From positions 448,001 through 512,000 of the forward strand of contig CBDCUI010000009.1 of assembly GCA_965222615.1 (NCBI GenBank): a stretch of DNA of 64,000 nt. Direction: 5' to 3'. The stretch comes from Gammaproteobacteria bacterium. Lineage in GTDB: Bacteria > Pseudomonadota > Gammaproteobacteria > UBA4575. A program made the position numbers and the translations under genes. Shown piece by piece: positions 1 through 11,000 of the stretch. Every line of letters begins with the position of its first letter. Position 1 is the stretch's first letter. The notes below the pieces were generated by a model. It was not told the origin of the DNA. It did not search any database and saw nothing but the letters and a program-made list of their open reading frames with translations.

Positions 1-837
1 GTTAGTTTCAGTCGGATCGTATGTAGATACATTATTTGGACCAAGCTTATTAGCTTGTTGTAAAGCCTTTTCGGTAATATCCACTAGATCAAATCCAGTC
101 TTTACGCTGTCTAATACTGAAGATACTCCAGCACTAACCGTAATCTGTAGAGCAGTAGTATTTTCTTGGTCATGTTGTGGCAAGACATCTAATTTAGCAA
201 TTTCAGAACGTAAACGATCTGCAAGCACTTTAGCCATTTCCTCATCTGTCTGAGTTGTCCCCACAACTATTTTATGCTCATCAAATCTTGCAACAATATC
301 TGAAGAACGAACTGTATTAACGACATAGTCGCTCACTTTTCTTAACACAACCTCTGCAACCAACTTACCATGATTATCTTTAACACTACTATAATCATCT
401 ATATCAAATAATATTAATGACAAAGGTAGCTTGTAACGACGCGATCGTTGTGTTTCCTCGTCAATTCTGCGATCAAAATAACGACGATTATAGATATCCA
501 AAATTGGATCTATAATGCTAGCTTGATCCATCGCGATTGCTTCACGGATATCACGAGTCGTTTGGTAGGTAAGGAAACATAGCAGCAATACAAATGCTGC
601 AACTGCAAGACTAACAGCAGGAAATGTGATACTGGCCAATTCTACTTTTCCAGTCCACATCATGACTTGATAGACTGATAGCCCTACAATAAATCCAACT
701 ATAAAAAACGAAAGTATCTGCCAGTTATTCCTAACTTTTCCTAGTGGAAGTTTTTTAATTAAGTGCTGTATTGTAAACAACGAAGCAGCAAAGCAACTGA
801 TGCCACATAAAATTAAAATATTTGCTAATAAAAACAT
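1..837 (-). CDS. Membrane-anchored GGDEF-domain protein with degenerate active site (truncated by window start)
   Basis: Not in the ORF track; translated by hand from the ATG at 837 (GGAG RBS). Hydrophobic N-terminus, then IDPILDIYNRRYF...LSLIIFDIDDY...RSSDIVARFDEHKIVV. Confidence 0.85.
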   Translation of the reverse strand, partial: MFLLANILILCGISCFAASLFTIQHLIKKLPLGKVRNNWQILSFFIVGFIVGLSVYQVMMWTGKVELASITFPAVSLAVAAFVLLLCFLTYQTTRDIREAIAMDQASIIDPILDIYNRRYFDRRIDEETQRSRRYKLPLSLILFDIDDYSSVKDNHGKLVAEVVLRKVSDYVVNTVRSSDIVARFDEHKIVVGTTQTDEEMAKVLADRLRSEIAKLDVLPQHDQENTTALQITVSAGVSSVLDSVKTGFDLVDITEKALQQANKLGPNNVSTYDPTETN

Positions 838-884
838 GAATTGCTCCAATACTTGTCCTTAGTCAGGGAACCAAAACTAGTCAG

Positions 885-2138
885 CTACGGGGCGATCTCG
901 CTAATTAGGACATCTACCGTTTCAGACTGGTGAGTTGTAACCGGATGTATACTCCCAAATATGTCACCACTTTGCATAATTGCCTGGCCTGACTTAGAAA
1001 TTCTTGCTATTACTTCTACCTGATCCATGCTGGATAGGGTCATCGCTGGCATCATTGAAACAGAATCGTCTAGGGTAACTGTAGTGGGCACGTCTCCAGC
1101 GGTCATTTTCACTAGTGCTAAAGGCATTTTTGGACCGTTTATCGCCCGCGCATAAACAAAAAGTGTGTCGGATTTCAACACCTTACCCTTAAGCTCTTCA
1201 GCGAGCGAAACATTGACCGTAATGCTGGCTGTAGAATCAACCTCCTGCTGAGATTCAATCGGTTGACCAGCTTGAGGGGCAGAGCTGATTTCTATACCGG
1301 CTTTTTGTTTGGCATCATTCAAATAGACCAATAATGCAGATTTAACATCTTCCTGATCGGCTGGAACCAGCTGTAACAGCCTCTCCCAGTAGTTAACGGA
1401 ATTTTTATAATCCTGTAATTGAAATGCCGCAAAGCCCGCATACCACAGGGCTCGTTCATGTTTCGGGTCTATTTGTAGCGCCTTCTTAAATAGCTCTGAT
1501 GACGACTCATTAAACTTTTGTCCGGCAGCAAAACCTTGCGCTTCACCATATGAAACCAGTACGTTTGGATTTGAACCATTGGTTAATTCATTTGCTTTTG
1601 CATAAGCCTTTACTGCAGCATCGAAATTTTCCAATATAAGATAAGACCTTGCCAACATTAACCAACCATCAAGATTATCTGGATCTCTTTGTAACTTTTT
1701 TTCAAGACTTGCAATCGCATCTTCTACAGAAGACATTTTATTCTGTTGTTGGGCTTTTAATTGCTGTTCAAATTCTGGAGACAGTGATTGCAGACCACTA
1801 TTAATTTTCAAATAAACAAGCACAGCAACAATTGGCAGAATGAATATAATTGCAATCGGTAGGATTCTATTGCCCTTGCTGACTATAGGTTGTTTTTGGT
1901 CTTCAAGATCATCAATCAAAGTACGTTGCAGATCTGTCTTCGCGACTTGAAATTGTTCTTGATCAATTAGATCTTGTTCTAGATCCCGCTCCAGCTCTGT
2001 CAGTTTCTTTTCAAAAACTGCTCTATTGATTTTTTTTCTATCAATATCTGCCTGTGGTTCCCTAGCAAACAAGGATGGCAAAATAATGACTAATGCCACT
2101 ATTAACAATAATGCACAAATCAACCAAAAACTAATCAT
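885..2138 (-). CDS. ccmI: Cytochrome c biogenesis TPR protein CcmI/CycH
   Basis: N-terminal TM helices, TPRs (DGWLMLARSY), C-terminal 'ARISKSG' domain; last gene of the ccm operon. Start chosen at MISFW (2138). Confidence 0.9.
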   Translation of the reverse strand: MISFWLICALLLIVALVIILPSLFAREPQADIDRKKINRAVFEKKLTELERDLEQDLIDQEQFQVAKTDLQRTLIDDLEDQKQPIVSKGNRILPIAIIFILPIVAVLVYLKINSGLQSLSPEFEQQLKAQQQNKMSSVEDAIASLEKKLQRDPDNLDGWLMLARSYLILENFDAAVKAYAKANELTNGSNPNVLVSYGEAQGFAAGQKFNESSSELFKKALQIDPKHERALWYAGFAAFQLQDYKNSVNYWERLLQLVPADQEDVKSALLVYLNDAKQKAGIEISSAPQAGQPIESQQEVDSTASITVNVSLAEELKGKVLKSDTLFVYARAINGPKMPLALVKMTAGDVPTTVTLDDSVSMMPAMTLSSMDQVEVIARISKSGQAIMQSGDIFGSIHPVTTHQSETVDVLISEIAP

Positions 2139-2604
2139 CAGAATTGCTATCCTGATTAAGTGCAGATTCAAACTTTGCTTGTTCCTCAGAAGTTAACTGA
2201 GTATGTGGTTGCACTTTTTGTTTTTTTATCATCAAAATGAGGAAACCTAGTACACACACTAGAATTATGAATGGGCCAAACCATAGTAAATACGTTTTTG
2301 GCTTAACCAAAGGCTTATACAATACAAAATCACCATAACGATTCGCCATAAAATCAATAATATCTCTATCCGTTGCACCTGCTTCCAGCATTTTTTTTAC
2401 TTCTGCACGTAAGTCTTTAGCTAAATCTGCATCAGATTCTGCAATCGTTTGATTCTGGCAAACTAAACAACGCAACTCATTTAATAAGGCGTGGTAACGC
2501 TCCTCATGCTTTGGCGAAATAGTCGCAGGTTCTGCAGCTATACAAACAGCAAAAAAACAAAGTAGACAGGCTAATAAAATATTGTAGTAATTATGAAGTT
2601 TCAT
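2131..2604 (-). CDS. ccmH: Cytochrome c biogenesis protein CcmH
   Basis: LRCLVCQNQTIAES motif and RYGDFVLYKP; likely start MKLHN at 2604. Confidence 0.95.
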   Translation of the reverse strand: MKLHNYYNILLACLLCFFAVCIAAEPATISPKHEERYHALLNELRCLVCQNQTIAESDADLAKDLRAEVKKMLEAGATDRDIIDFMANRYGDFVLYKPLVKPKTYLLWFGPFIILVCVLGFLILMIKKQKVQPHTQLTSEEQAKFESALNQDSNSDD

Positions 2605-3124
2605 CTTGCAACTGCCGAACCATTGGCAATATGGTTTTTTCCACATCATCGTAAGTCAACGGACCAATGTGCTTATGACGGATAATGCCTTTCTTATCGA
2701 TTAAAAAAGTTTCTGGTGCACCATATACACCCCACTCGATACCAACTCGGCCAGATTCATCAAAGGCATTGGCAACGAATGGATTGCCATGATCTTTCAA
2801 ATATTGATTTGCTTCGACCAAAGTATCTTTATAGTTTAAGCCATAAATTGGTACTATTTTTCTACCGGCAAGATCATTCAATACTGGATGTTCTTGACGA
2901 CACGCATAACACCACGTTGCCCAAACATTTAGCAGCGAAACCTTGCCAAGAAATTCTTTGTCTGTGAACGTATTAGTGCCTTTCAATGTAGGCAAAGAAA
3001 ACTCTGGCACTGATTTGCCGATGAGAGGAGATGGAACTTCCGAAGGGTCTTTATACAATCCAATATATAAAAAACCTACTAATACAAAAAAAAGTATTAT
3101 TGGAAATAAATATTTAAGCATCAA
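2591..3124 (-). CDS. ccmG: Thiol:disulfide interchange protein CcmG/DsbE
   Basis: NVWATWCYAC thioredoxin motif; GVYGAPETF. Confidence 0.95.
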   Translation of the reverse strand: MMLKYLFPIILFFVLVGFLYIGLYKDPSEVPSPLIGKSVPEFSLPTLKGTNTFTDKEFLGKVSLLNVWATWCYACRQEHPVLNDLAGRKIVPIYGLNYKDTLVEANQYLKDHGNPFVANAFDESGRVGIEWGVYGAPETFLIDKKGIIRHKHIGPLTYDDVEKTILPMVRQLQDETS

Positions 3125-3126
3125 TC

Positions 3127-5118
3127 TTATGCAGCAGCTGTTTGTTGTTGGGCAAGATCTACAGCTTTTTTCTCGCGTTTTATTTTCAATCTGTAACGTC
3201 TATCCAAAGCTGCCAACAAACCACCAAGCGCCATTAACGTAGCTCCTAACCATATCCATTGGATAAATGGTTTATAGTAAAGTCGCATGCCCCATCCATT
3301 CGCGTCTATCTGTTCACCCAAAGCCACATATACATCTCGTAAAAATCCGCTATCGATACCCGCTTCTGTCATGGGATTTTGTTGAACTAGGTAGGTACGT
3401 TTTTCAGGCAATAAGATTGCCACTAGTTTGTCGTTTTTATACACTTTCACTGTTGCTTGCTTAGAGGAATAGTTCGGTCCTTTAACATCTTTTACACCAT
3501 CAAATTCAAAAATATAATCAGACATCTCCACCTTTTGCCCTGTTTGCATCGGTAATTCTTTTTCCTGTTGAAAGGCACTTACAAAAGTTACTCCAAATAC
3601 AAATACACCGATTCCGAAATGGGCGATACACATACCATAAGTGGCTCGCGGAATTTTTTTGAGATGTTGCAGTACATTTGCACTTGCTTCCGAACGAAAA
3701 ACATTTTTAAAAAGATAATAGACCGATGCTGCAATGGACCAACCTCCTAAGCTAATTCCCAATACAACTAATATAGAAGTTTTTCCGGCAATAACAAAAG
3801 GCAGTACAGCACCCACGATTAGACCAATTATTGCAATCTTAATTAGCTTTCTAAATACTTCTTTCATAGTTGCTTTTTTCCAACGCATAAATGGGCCAAC
3901 TCCAACCACTAACACAAGCGGCAACATTAATGGCACAAATACTGCGTTAAAATAAGGAGGCCCTACTGAAATTTTCCCGGCATTAAGTGCATCTAAGAAC
4001 AATGGATACAAAGTACCAACTAGAATTGTTAACATTGCAACTAGCAATAACACGTTATTGATTAACAAAGCGGTTTCGCGCGAAAACAATTCAAATTGAC
4101 CAATTGATTTTATATGTGGCGCACGTAGTGCATAAAGCAGTAAAGAACCACCAATTACTATGACTAAAAACAGTAAAATATAAACGCCACGCGCAGGATC
4201 CGTTGCAAATGCGTGTACAGATACCAAAACTCCAGAACGCACTAGAAAAGTACCGAGCAAGCTTAAGGAAAAGGCAAAGATAGACAGGAGTACTGTCCAA
4301 CTTTTAAAGCTAGATCTTTTTTCCGTTACCGCTAATGAATGGATAAGTGCAGTGCCCACTAGCCAGGGCATAAACGATGCATTTTCGACAGGATCCCAAA
4401 ACCACCAACCCCCCCAACCTAATTCGTGATAAGCCCACCAACTACCCAAAGTAATTCCGATAGTTAGAAACACCCAAGCAAAAGTGGCCCAAGGTCGTGA
4501 CCATCGCGCCCAAGCTGAATCTAATTTACCCCCCAGTAATGCAGCGATGGCGAAAGCAAAAGCAACAGAAAAACCAACATATCCCATATATAACATGGGC
4601 GGATGAATCACCAAACCCGGATCTTGCAGTAAGGGATTGAGATCGCGTCCCTCTACAGGCATAGGAAATACGCGTTCAAATGGATTTGAGGTAAGCAACA
4701 TGAATAGTAAAAAGCCAACGCTTACAAACCCCATTACACCTAATACTCGTGCAACCATGTCATTCGGTAAGCTTTTGCTAAATACAGTCACTGCAAAAGT
4801 CCACGCGCCTAACATTAACACCCATAGTAATAATGATCCCTCATGCGCCCCCCAAACCGCAGAAATCTTATAGTGCAGAGGTAACGCAGTATTGGAATTA
4901 TTGGCTACATATAAAACTGAAAAATCGTTATTGATAAATGCATAGGTCAAGCATACGTACGCAATAATTAAAAACAGAAATTGTCCACGTGCAGCAGGTT
5001 TTGCCACGGCCATCCACTGACTCGTGTAGGTTTGCGCACCCAGTAATGGCACAATGGTTTGTACCAGCGCTATGCACAGGGCAACGATCAAAGCAAAATG
5101 ACCAACTTCAGGAATCAT
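3127..5118 (-). CDS. ccmF: Heme lyase CcmF
   Basis: WGGWWFWDPVEN (WWD domain), HPPMLY and SVHAFA motifs. Confidence 0.98.
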   Translation of the reverse strand: MIPEVGHFALIVALCIALVQTIVPLLGAQTYTSQWMAVAKPAARGQFLFLIIAYVCLTYAFINNDFSVLYVANNSNTALPLHYKISAVWGAHEGSLLLWVLMLGAWTFAVTVFSKSLPNDMVARVLGVMGFVSVGFLLFMLLTSNPFERVFPMPVEGRDLNPLLQDPGLVIHPPMLYMGYVGFSVAFAFAIAALLGGKLDSAWARWSRPWATFAWVFLTIGITLGSWWAYHELGWGGWWFWDPVENASFMPWLVGTALIHSLAVTEKRSSFKSWTVLLSIFAFSLSLLGTFLVRSGVLVSVHAFATDPARGVYILLFLVIVIGGSLLLYALRAPHIKSIGQFELFSRETALLINNVLLLVAMLTILVGTLYPLFLDALNAGKISVGPPYFNAVFVPLMLPLVLVVGVGPFMRWKKATMKEVFRKLIKIAIIGLIVGAVLPFVIAGKTSILVVLGISLGGWSIAASVYYLFKNVFRSEASANVLQHLKKIPRATYGMCIAHFGIGVFVFGVTFVSAFQQEKELPMQTGQKVEMSDYIFEFDGVKDVKGPNYSSKQATVKVYKNDKLVAILLPEKRTYLVQQNPMTEAGIDSGFLRDVYVALGEQIDANGWGMRLYYKPFIQWIWLGATLMALGGLLAALDRRYRLKIKREKKAVDLAQQQTAAA

Positions 5119-5123
5119 GAGGA

Positions 5124-5585
5124 TTAGTATTTGCCTTTAGGAATATTTTCCGGATGAGAAGCTCCAGATTTTTTCAGCGCTGCAGCCACTTCAGGTGGCA
5201 TATAATTTTCATCGTGTTTAGCTAATACTTCTTGCGCAACAAACAAACCGTTTTCATTGAGTTTACCTTGTGCGACAATTCCTTGACCTTCGCGAAATAA
5301 ATCTGGCAAAAGCCCAGTATAGGTAACTGTTACCGTATCGGTTGTATCGGTAAGATCAAATTTTGTAGTAAGACCATCATTTCCTTTAACCACACTACCC
5401 TCAACAACCAAGCCACCAATTCTAAATAGTTTGTCTTTAGGCACTTCACCTTTAGTTATTTCTGATGGTGTATGAAATAACATCATATTTTGACGCATGG
5501 CATACAAACCCAGTGCCGCAGCACTACTGAAACCAAGTAGCAATATCACTACAAATATTAATCGCTGTTTTCTTTTAGCACGCAT
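5124..5585 (-). CDS. ccmE: Heme chaperone CcmE
   Basis: LPDLFREGQG and LAKHDENY motifs. Confidence 0.98.
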   Translation of the reverse strand: MRAKRKQRLIFVVILLLGFSSAAALGLYAMRQNMMLFHTPSEITKGEVPKDKLFRIGGLVVEGSVVKGNDGLTTKFDLTDTTDTVTVTYTGLLPDLFREGQGIVAQGKLNENGLFVAQEVLAKHDENYMPPEVAAALKKSGASHPENIPKGKY

Positions 5586-5586
5586 A

Positions 5587-5736
5587 TTACTCTTCTAAAC
5601 TTTCTTCAATTTCTCTAAAAATCTTTTTTTTACGTGTGTTAGCAAACACTATACTGGCGATTAGCGCTAACGCAGTAATGCCATACGAACCCCATACGAA
5701 AAACGCCTTACCACCCATGTAAAAAAATTCTTGCAT
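5587..5736 (-). CDS. ccmD: Heme exporter protein CcmD (49 aa)
   Basis: Hand translation gives MQEFFYMGGKAFFVWGSYGITALALIASIVFANTRKKKIFREIEESLEE; lies between ccmC and ccmE. Confidence 0.92.
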   Translation of the reverse strand: MQEFFYMGGKAFFVWGSYGITALALIASIVFANTRKKKIFREIEESLEE

Positions 5737-5738
5737 TA

Positions 5739-6476
5739 TTAGCTAGCCGTTATAAGTTTTTTCACCCAGTTAGTTGATCGTTCACGCGACAAAATTTCAT
5801 TGCGCACTCTTATAAATAAAAGCCAAACAAAATAAACTTTAAAGGCAATGGCCATAATCAATAATGGATACAACATACTTGGATGCATGGAAGGTGTTTT
5901 AGAAATTAATTCCATATTGGGCTGGTGCAAAGAATTCCACCACGTGACAGAATAGTGAATGATTGGAATATTAATAACTCCTACAATAGCCAAAACACTA
6001 GCTGCTTTGGCCGCCACCCGATGATCTTCAATGGCAGACTGGATTGCAATAACCCCTAAGTATAAAAATAATAATATTAACTCTGAAGTCAAACGTGCAT
6101 CCCATTTCCAATATGTACCCCAAGTAGGTTTACCCCACAACATACCGGTGATAAGGGCTAACGCAGTAAAAACCGCTCCAATCACGGCACACTCCGACAC
6201 TACAATTTCAGAAATTTTTGTCTTCCATACCAATGCAATAAAACCCGCAACAGCCATTACTACATAAACAAACATCGACATCCAGGCCGCAGGTACATGG
6301 ATAAATATAATGCGATAAGATTCACCCTGCTGATAATCTGTAGGTGCTACTACCAAGCCCCAGTACAAACCGATGGCCATTAAAATAATGGTAAGACCCG
6401 CAAGCCACGGTAGCCACTTTCCAGACCATTCGTAGTAATACTTAGGCGAAGACAATTTATGCAGAAATTTCCACAT
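5739..6476 (-). CDS. ccmC: Heme exporter protein CcmC
   Basis: HVPAAW, WGKPTWGTYWKWDARLT and WWNSLHQ motifs. Confidence 0.97.
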   Translation of the reverse strand: MWKFLHKLSSPKYYYEWSGKWLPWLAGLTIILMAIGLYWGLVVAPTDYQQGESYRIIFIHVPAAWMSMFVYVVMAVAGFIALVWKTKISEIVVSECAVIGAVFTALALITGMLWGKPTWGTYWKWDARLTSELILLFLYLGVIAIQSAIEDHRVAAKAASVLAIVGVINIPIIHYSVTWWNSLHQPNMELISKTPSMHPSMLYPLLIMAIAFKVYFVWLLFIRVRNEILSRERSTNWVKKLITAS

Positions 6477-6478
6477 GC

Positions 6479-7147
6479 TTAACTCATACTAATTTTCAAT
6501 GAGGCACTTATCGCTAAGGGTGCAAGAATAAGTGCCAGTATTAATCCTGCCCCTAACATGGCTAATTGTCCTGAAACAGCCAATCCATCAATAGCTGAGC
6601 CCACTGCGCTCGATGCAAAAATTAGAACCGGAATATAGAGAGGCAATACAAGCAAACCCAATAGTACACCACCGCCACGCAAACCAGTGGTTAGCGCTAC
6701 GCCAATCGCACCGATTAAGCTGAGAATCGGTGTGCCCAGTAATACTGTGATAAATAATGTGGGTATGGCTTGCTTAGGTATATATAAGAGTAGAGCCATC
6801 AAGGGGACAATAATCAGCATTGGCAAACCAGTGATAAGCCAGTGTGCAATCACTTTTCCTAAGATTAACAAGGTTGGTGGGTGTTGACTTAGAAATAACT
6901 GTTCAATGCTGCCATCATCAAAATCTTGGCGAAAAATACTTTCCATCGATATCAATGCAGCTAGCAAAGCTGCAACCCATACTACCCCTGGCGCTAGCTT
7001 ACTTAGAAAATCTACATCTGGGCTTACACCTAGTGGAAATAATGTCACTACAATTACATAAAATAATATTGGATTCATCAATTCTGCACGTCGCCGAAAA
7101 GCGACAAGTAAATCACGCTGTATAACTGTCAATAGTGCACTTAACAT
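6479..7147 (-). CDS. ccmB: Heme exporter permease CcmB
   Basis: DFDDGSIEQL, KVIAHW and LPLYIPVLIF motifs. Confidence 0.97.
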   Translation of the reverse strand: MLSALLTVIQRDLLVAFRRRAELMNPILFYVIVVTLFPLGVSPDVDFLSKLAPGVVWVAALLAALISMESIFRQDFDDGSIEQLFLSQHPPTLLILGKVIAHWLITGLPMLIIVPLMALLLYIPKQAIPTLFITVLLGTPILSLIGAIGVALTTGLRGGGVLLGLLVLPLYIPVLIFASSAVGSAIDGLAVSGQLAMLGAGLILALILAPLAISASLKISMS

Positions 7148-7149
7148 AT

Positions 7150-7782
7150 CTAGGAAAGATTTAACCGCTTAATAGTATGTTCTGGTATTTTTAATTCTCG
7201 ATGTGTAGTTACAATCAACATACCCTTGTTGTCTAAATGTTTTTTTAAAACTGTCTCAAATTCTGTGACAAATTCTTTATCTAATGCTGTAAGTGGTTCA
7301 TCTAAAATCCAAATCATTCTGTCTTCTAACTGTAATCTAGCCAATGCAACTCGGCGTTTTTGACCGGCAGAAAGTTTACGAGTTAACACATTGCGTTGCT
7401 TAAACAAACCTACTGAACGAATAATTTCTTTAATGTCTGACTCGCTTCTTTTCGTGCCAACCATACGTTGTGCAAACAAAAGATTTTCTAATACCGTTAA
7501 ATCGAGTTTTACACCTGAGGCATGGCCAATATAAGAAATCTGCTGTTGATAATCCTCATGTTTGTCGATAGCTTCATCACACCAGCTTATTTGTCCTTCC
7601 ACAGGTTGATTGAAGCCGCATAGAATCCTCAACAAACTAGTTTTGCCACTGCCATTACTGCCTTCAACGATCAGCGCCTCGCCTGACTCAATTGTGAAAT
7701 TGAGATTAGAGAATAGTTCAGCACTGCCTCTCTTGCAGCTAAGGCCATGTGCCTCAAGTATGCCTACCTCCTGTGTGTGCAT
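7150..7782 (-). CDS. ccmA: Heme exporter ATPase CcmA
   Basis: Walker A GSNGSGKT, LSAGQKRRVALARL, WILDEP. Confidence 0.97.
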   Translation of the reverse strand: MHTQEVGILEAHGLSCKRGSAELFSNLNFTIESGEALIVEGSNGSGKTSLLRILCGFNQPVEGQISWCDEAIDKHEDYQQQISYIGHASGVKLDLTVLENLLFAQRMVGTKRSESDIKEIIRSVGLFKQRNVLTRKLSAGQKRRVALARLQLEDRMIWILDEPLTALDKEFVTEFETVLKKHLDNKGMLIVTTHRELKIPEHTIKRLNLS

Positions 7783-7910
7783 GGTATTTGATCAAATTCA
7801 GAAACAATTAAGTTATGTCGTGTAACTCATTAATTACACTAGAATCTTAACACGCGGTGGTGTTGAATCGATGAATGAATCGTCCACCCCGATGACGGAA
7901 TTGCTGACTT

Positions 7911-7929
7911 AATGAGAACGATTCTCAGT
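7911..7929. promoter_or_regulatory. Fur-box-like 7-1-7 palindrome in the ccmA/mfd divergent region
   Basis: AATGAGAACGATTCTCAGT (TGAGAAC-G-ATTCTCA) resembles the Fur core TGATAAT-N-ATTATCA. Confidence 0.5.
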
Positions 7930-8072
7930 GTTTGCTGGGCACAAAACCTGCCGCAGGGATCTGCTGGGATTATGCGCTATATAGCCTTGCGGCTCTATAT
8001 CTGTATTTATATTGCACAATACGTAGAATGGCGTGCCTTTGACTTTACTTCGATGTAGATGACAATTTCTGT

Positions 8073-11000
8073 ATGAACATTTTCAATCCGCCTCTTCCTA
8101 ATCAAGGTCACAAGCATATAACCTGGGGCAGAACCTATGGCTGTAGCAAAGGCCTAGTATTGGCTCAGGCCATTGAGCAATCCAACGGGTTAACCCTCAT
8201 CGTCACCCCAGATATTCAATCGGCACAGTTACTTCAAAGCGAGTTGGATTTTTTTTGTGACCCGGACACAAAAATCTATGTATTTCCTGATTCGGAAACG
8301 CTTCCTTATGACGTGTTCTCACCACATGAAGACATTATCTCAGATCGTGTACTTACTTTGTGCTCCTTGCCTAAGATAAAACAAGGCGCGCTCATCATTT
8401 CTGCAAGTACTATTCTTACACGACTAGCGCCCAAATCGTTTGTACTCGGACAGACACTAAATTTAGCTGTCAATGAGCAGATTGACTTGGAAACTTTTAA
8501 ACAGACACTTATAAAAGCAGGTTACCAATACGTATCACAAGTAATCTCACACGGCGAGTTTGCAGTCAGAGGATCCATCATTGATTTATACCCTATGGGT
8601 TGTAAATCACCCTACCGAATTGATTTACTCGATGATGAAATTGAAACAATTCGTATATTTAATCCAGAGACCCAAGTTTCTTCTGATAAAGTCGATAAAT
8701 TGCAAATTCTCCCTGCTAGAGAATTTCCAACAGACGATGCTTCCATTAAACGTTTCAGACAAAATTATAGAGTTCAGTTTGAAGGTGATCCTAACAAAAG
8801 TGTTATCTATCGAGACGTAAGTAATAATAATTTACCTTCTGGCATTGAATATTATTTGCCGTTGTTTTGTGAAGAAACCAGTACATTCTTTGACTATATA
8901 CCTGAAAATTGTCAACTTGTTTTGATTGAAAACACAATCGAGATTGCCGAAGAATTTGAGAATGATATTTTTTCTCGTTATGAACAAAGGAAATATGACC
9001 TTGAACGTCCACCGCTACACCCTAAACAGCTATGGATCTCTACAGAATATTTTGAAAAAAATATATATAAATACAACACGATTCGCTTACAGCAATACGA
9101 ATTAGAACAACTACATCGTGACCAATATAATTTTGATACACATGCATTACCGAATGTCGCAATCAATACCCACATTAAGGAGCCAGCCAGCGAATTAAAG
9201 CGTTTCATTGAAACTAAAAATTACAAAATCCTTTTCATCTCTGAATCCCCTGGAAGAAGAGAGTACTTATTGGATGTATTAAAAGGCTTTGCATTGCACC
9301 CTACTACCGTAGACAACTGGCATGAATTTCTGAAATTAGAAACCAAAATTGCAATTACAATTGGCCCACTTGAGGAAGGTCTTGTGTTAGAACAAGACAA
9401 CATTGCCATTATTACCGAAAACAATTTATTTGGTGCACGCGCAAAACAAAAACGACAACGCAGGCGACAAATCCGTGACGCTGAAGCGCTCATTAAAAAC
9501 TTATCGGATCTAAGTGAAGGCTCCCCAGTTGTACATGAAGATCATGGAGTGGGTCGCTATAAAGGATTGAAGACCCTTACTTTGAGTGGGACTGAAACAG
9601 AATTCCTTACTTTAGAATATACTGATGGCGATATACTCTATGTGCCAGTTTCCTCCTTACATTTAATCAGCCGCTACACAGGCGCTTCTGAGGAAAACGC
9701 CCCCTTACATCGATTAGGAGGAGAGGCTTGGAAAAATATTAAACGTCGCGCAGCCGAACGAGCACGCGATGTTGCCGCAGAACTCTTAGATATTTATTCA
9801 CGCCGTGAGGCGAAACAAGGCTATCAATATGAAGTTGATCATATTGAATTAAATTCATTTTGCACCACATTCCCATATGAAGAAACTCCAGATCAACAAA
9901 AAGCCATTGATGATGTTACGGTAGACATGCAATCAACACGACCAATGGATCGGGTAGTATGTGGTGATGTTGGTTTTGGTAAAACAGAGGTGGCCATGCG
10001 AGCTGCATTTATTGCGGCCTCATCTGGAAAACAAGTTGCCGTGCTAGTTCCAACTACATTACTTGCCTCACAACATTTTCAAAGTTTTAGTGATCGGTTT
10101 GCGGATTGGCCCCTGCGCATTGAACATATTTCACGTTTTATTTCTGCAAAAAACCAAAAAATTATTCTGTCTGGCTTAGAGCAAGGAACAGTCGATATAA
10201 TTATCGGTACACACAAACTTCTAAGTTCTGATATAAAATTCAAAAATCTTGGTTTAATCGTTGTTGATGAAGAACAACGATTTGGGGTGCGCCAAAAAGA
10301 AGTGTTAAAAAAAATGCGCACTGAAGTTGATGTACTAACATTAACAGCCACACCAATCCCGAGAACTTTAAATATGTCACTAAGTGGATTAAGAGATCTG
10401 TCCATAATCGCAACTCCACCTAATCACCGTCATGCCATAAAAACTTTTGTAAGCACATGGAATGACCACATGATTCAAGAAGCATGCTTGCGTGAACTAA
10501 AGCGGGGCGGGCAAGTTTTTTTCTTACACAATGAAGTTAAAACTATTGAAAAGACTGCCAAAGAAATACAACAATTACTTCCAGATACCACAATAAAAAT
10601 TGCACACGGGCAAATGCCTGAACGAGATTTAGAACAAGTAATGTTAGATTTTTATCACCAGCGTTTTAGCATTTTAGTTTGTACGACTATTATTGAAAAC
10701 GGTATAGACATACCTTCTGCCAATACCATCATTATCAATCGTGCAGACAAGCTTGGTCTGTCTCAACTACATCAAATACGCGGACGAGTTGGACGGTCGC
10801 ACCACCGAGCTTATGCATATTTAATTGCACCACCGCGTGCAGTAATTACTGCCGATGCTGCAAAACGCCTAGAGGCAATTGAGTCATTGGAAGATCTAGG
10901 AGTGGGATTCACACTGGCCACACATGATTTAGAAATACGTGGCGCGGGAGAACTACTCGGTGCCGAACAAAGTGGTCAAATTCAGGAGATAGGATTTACT

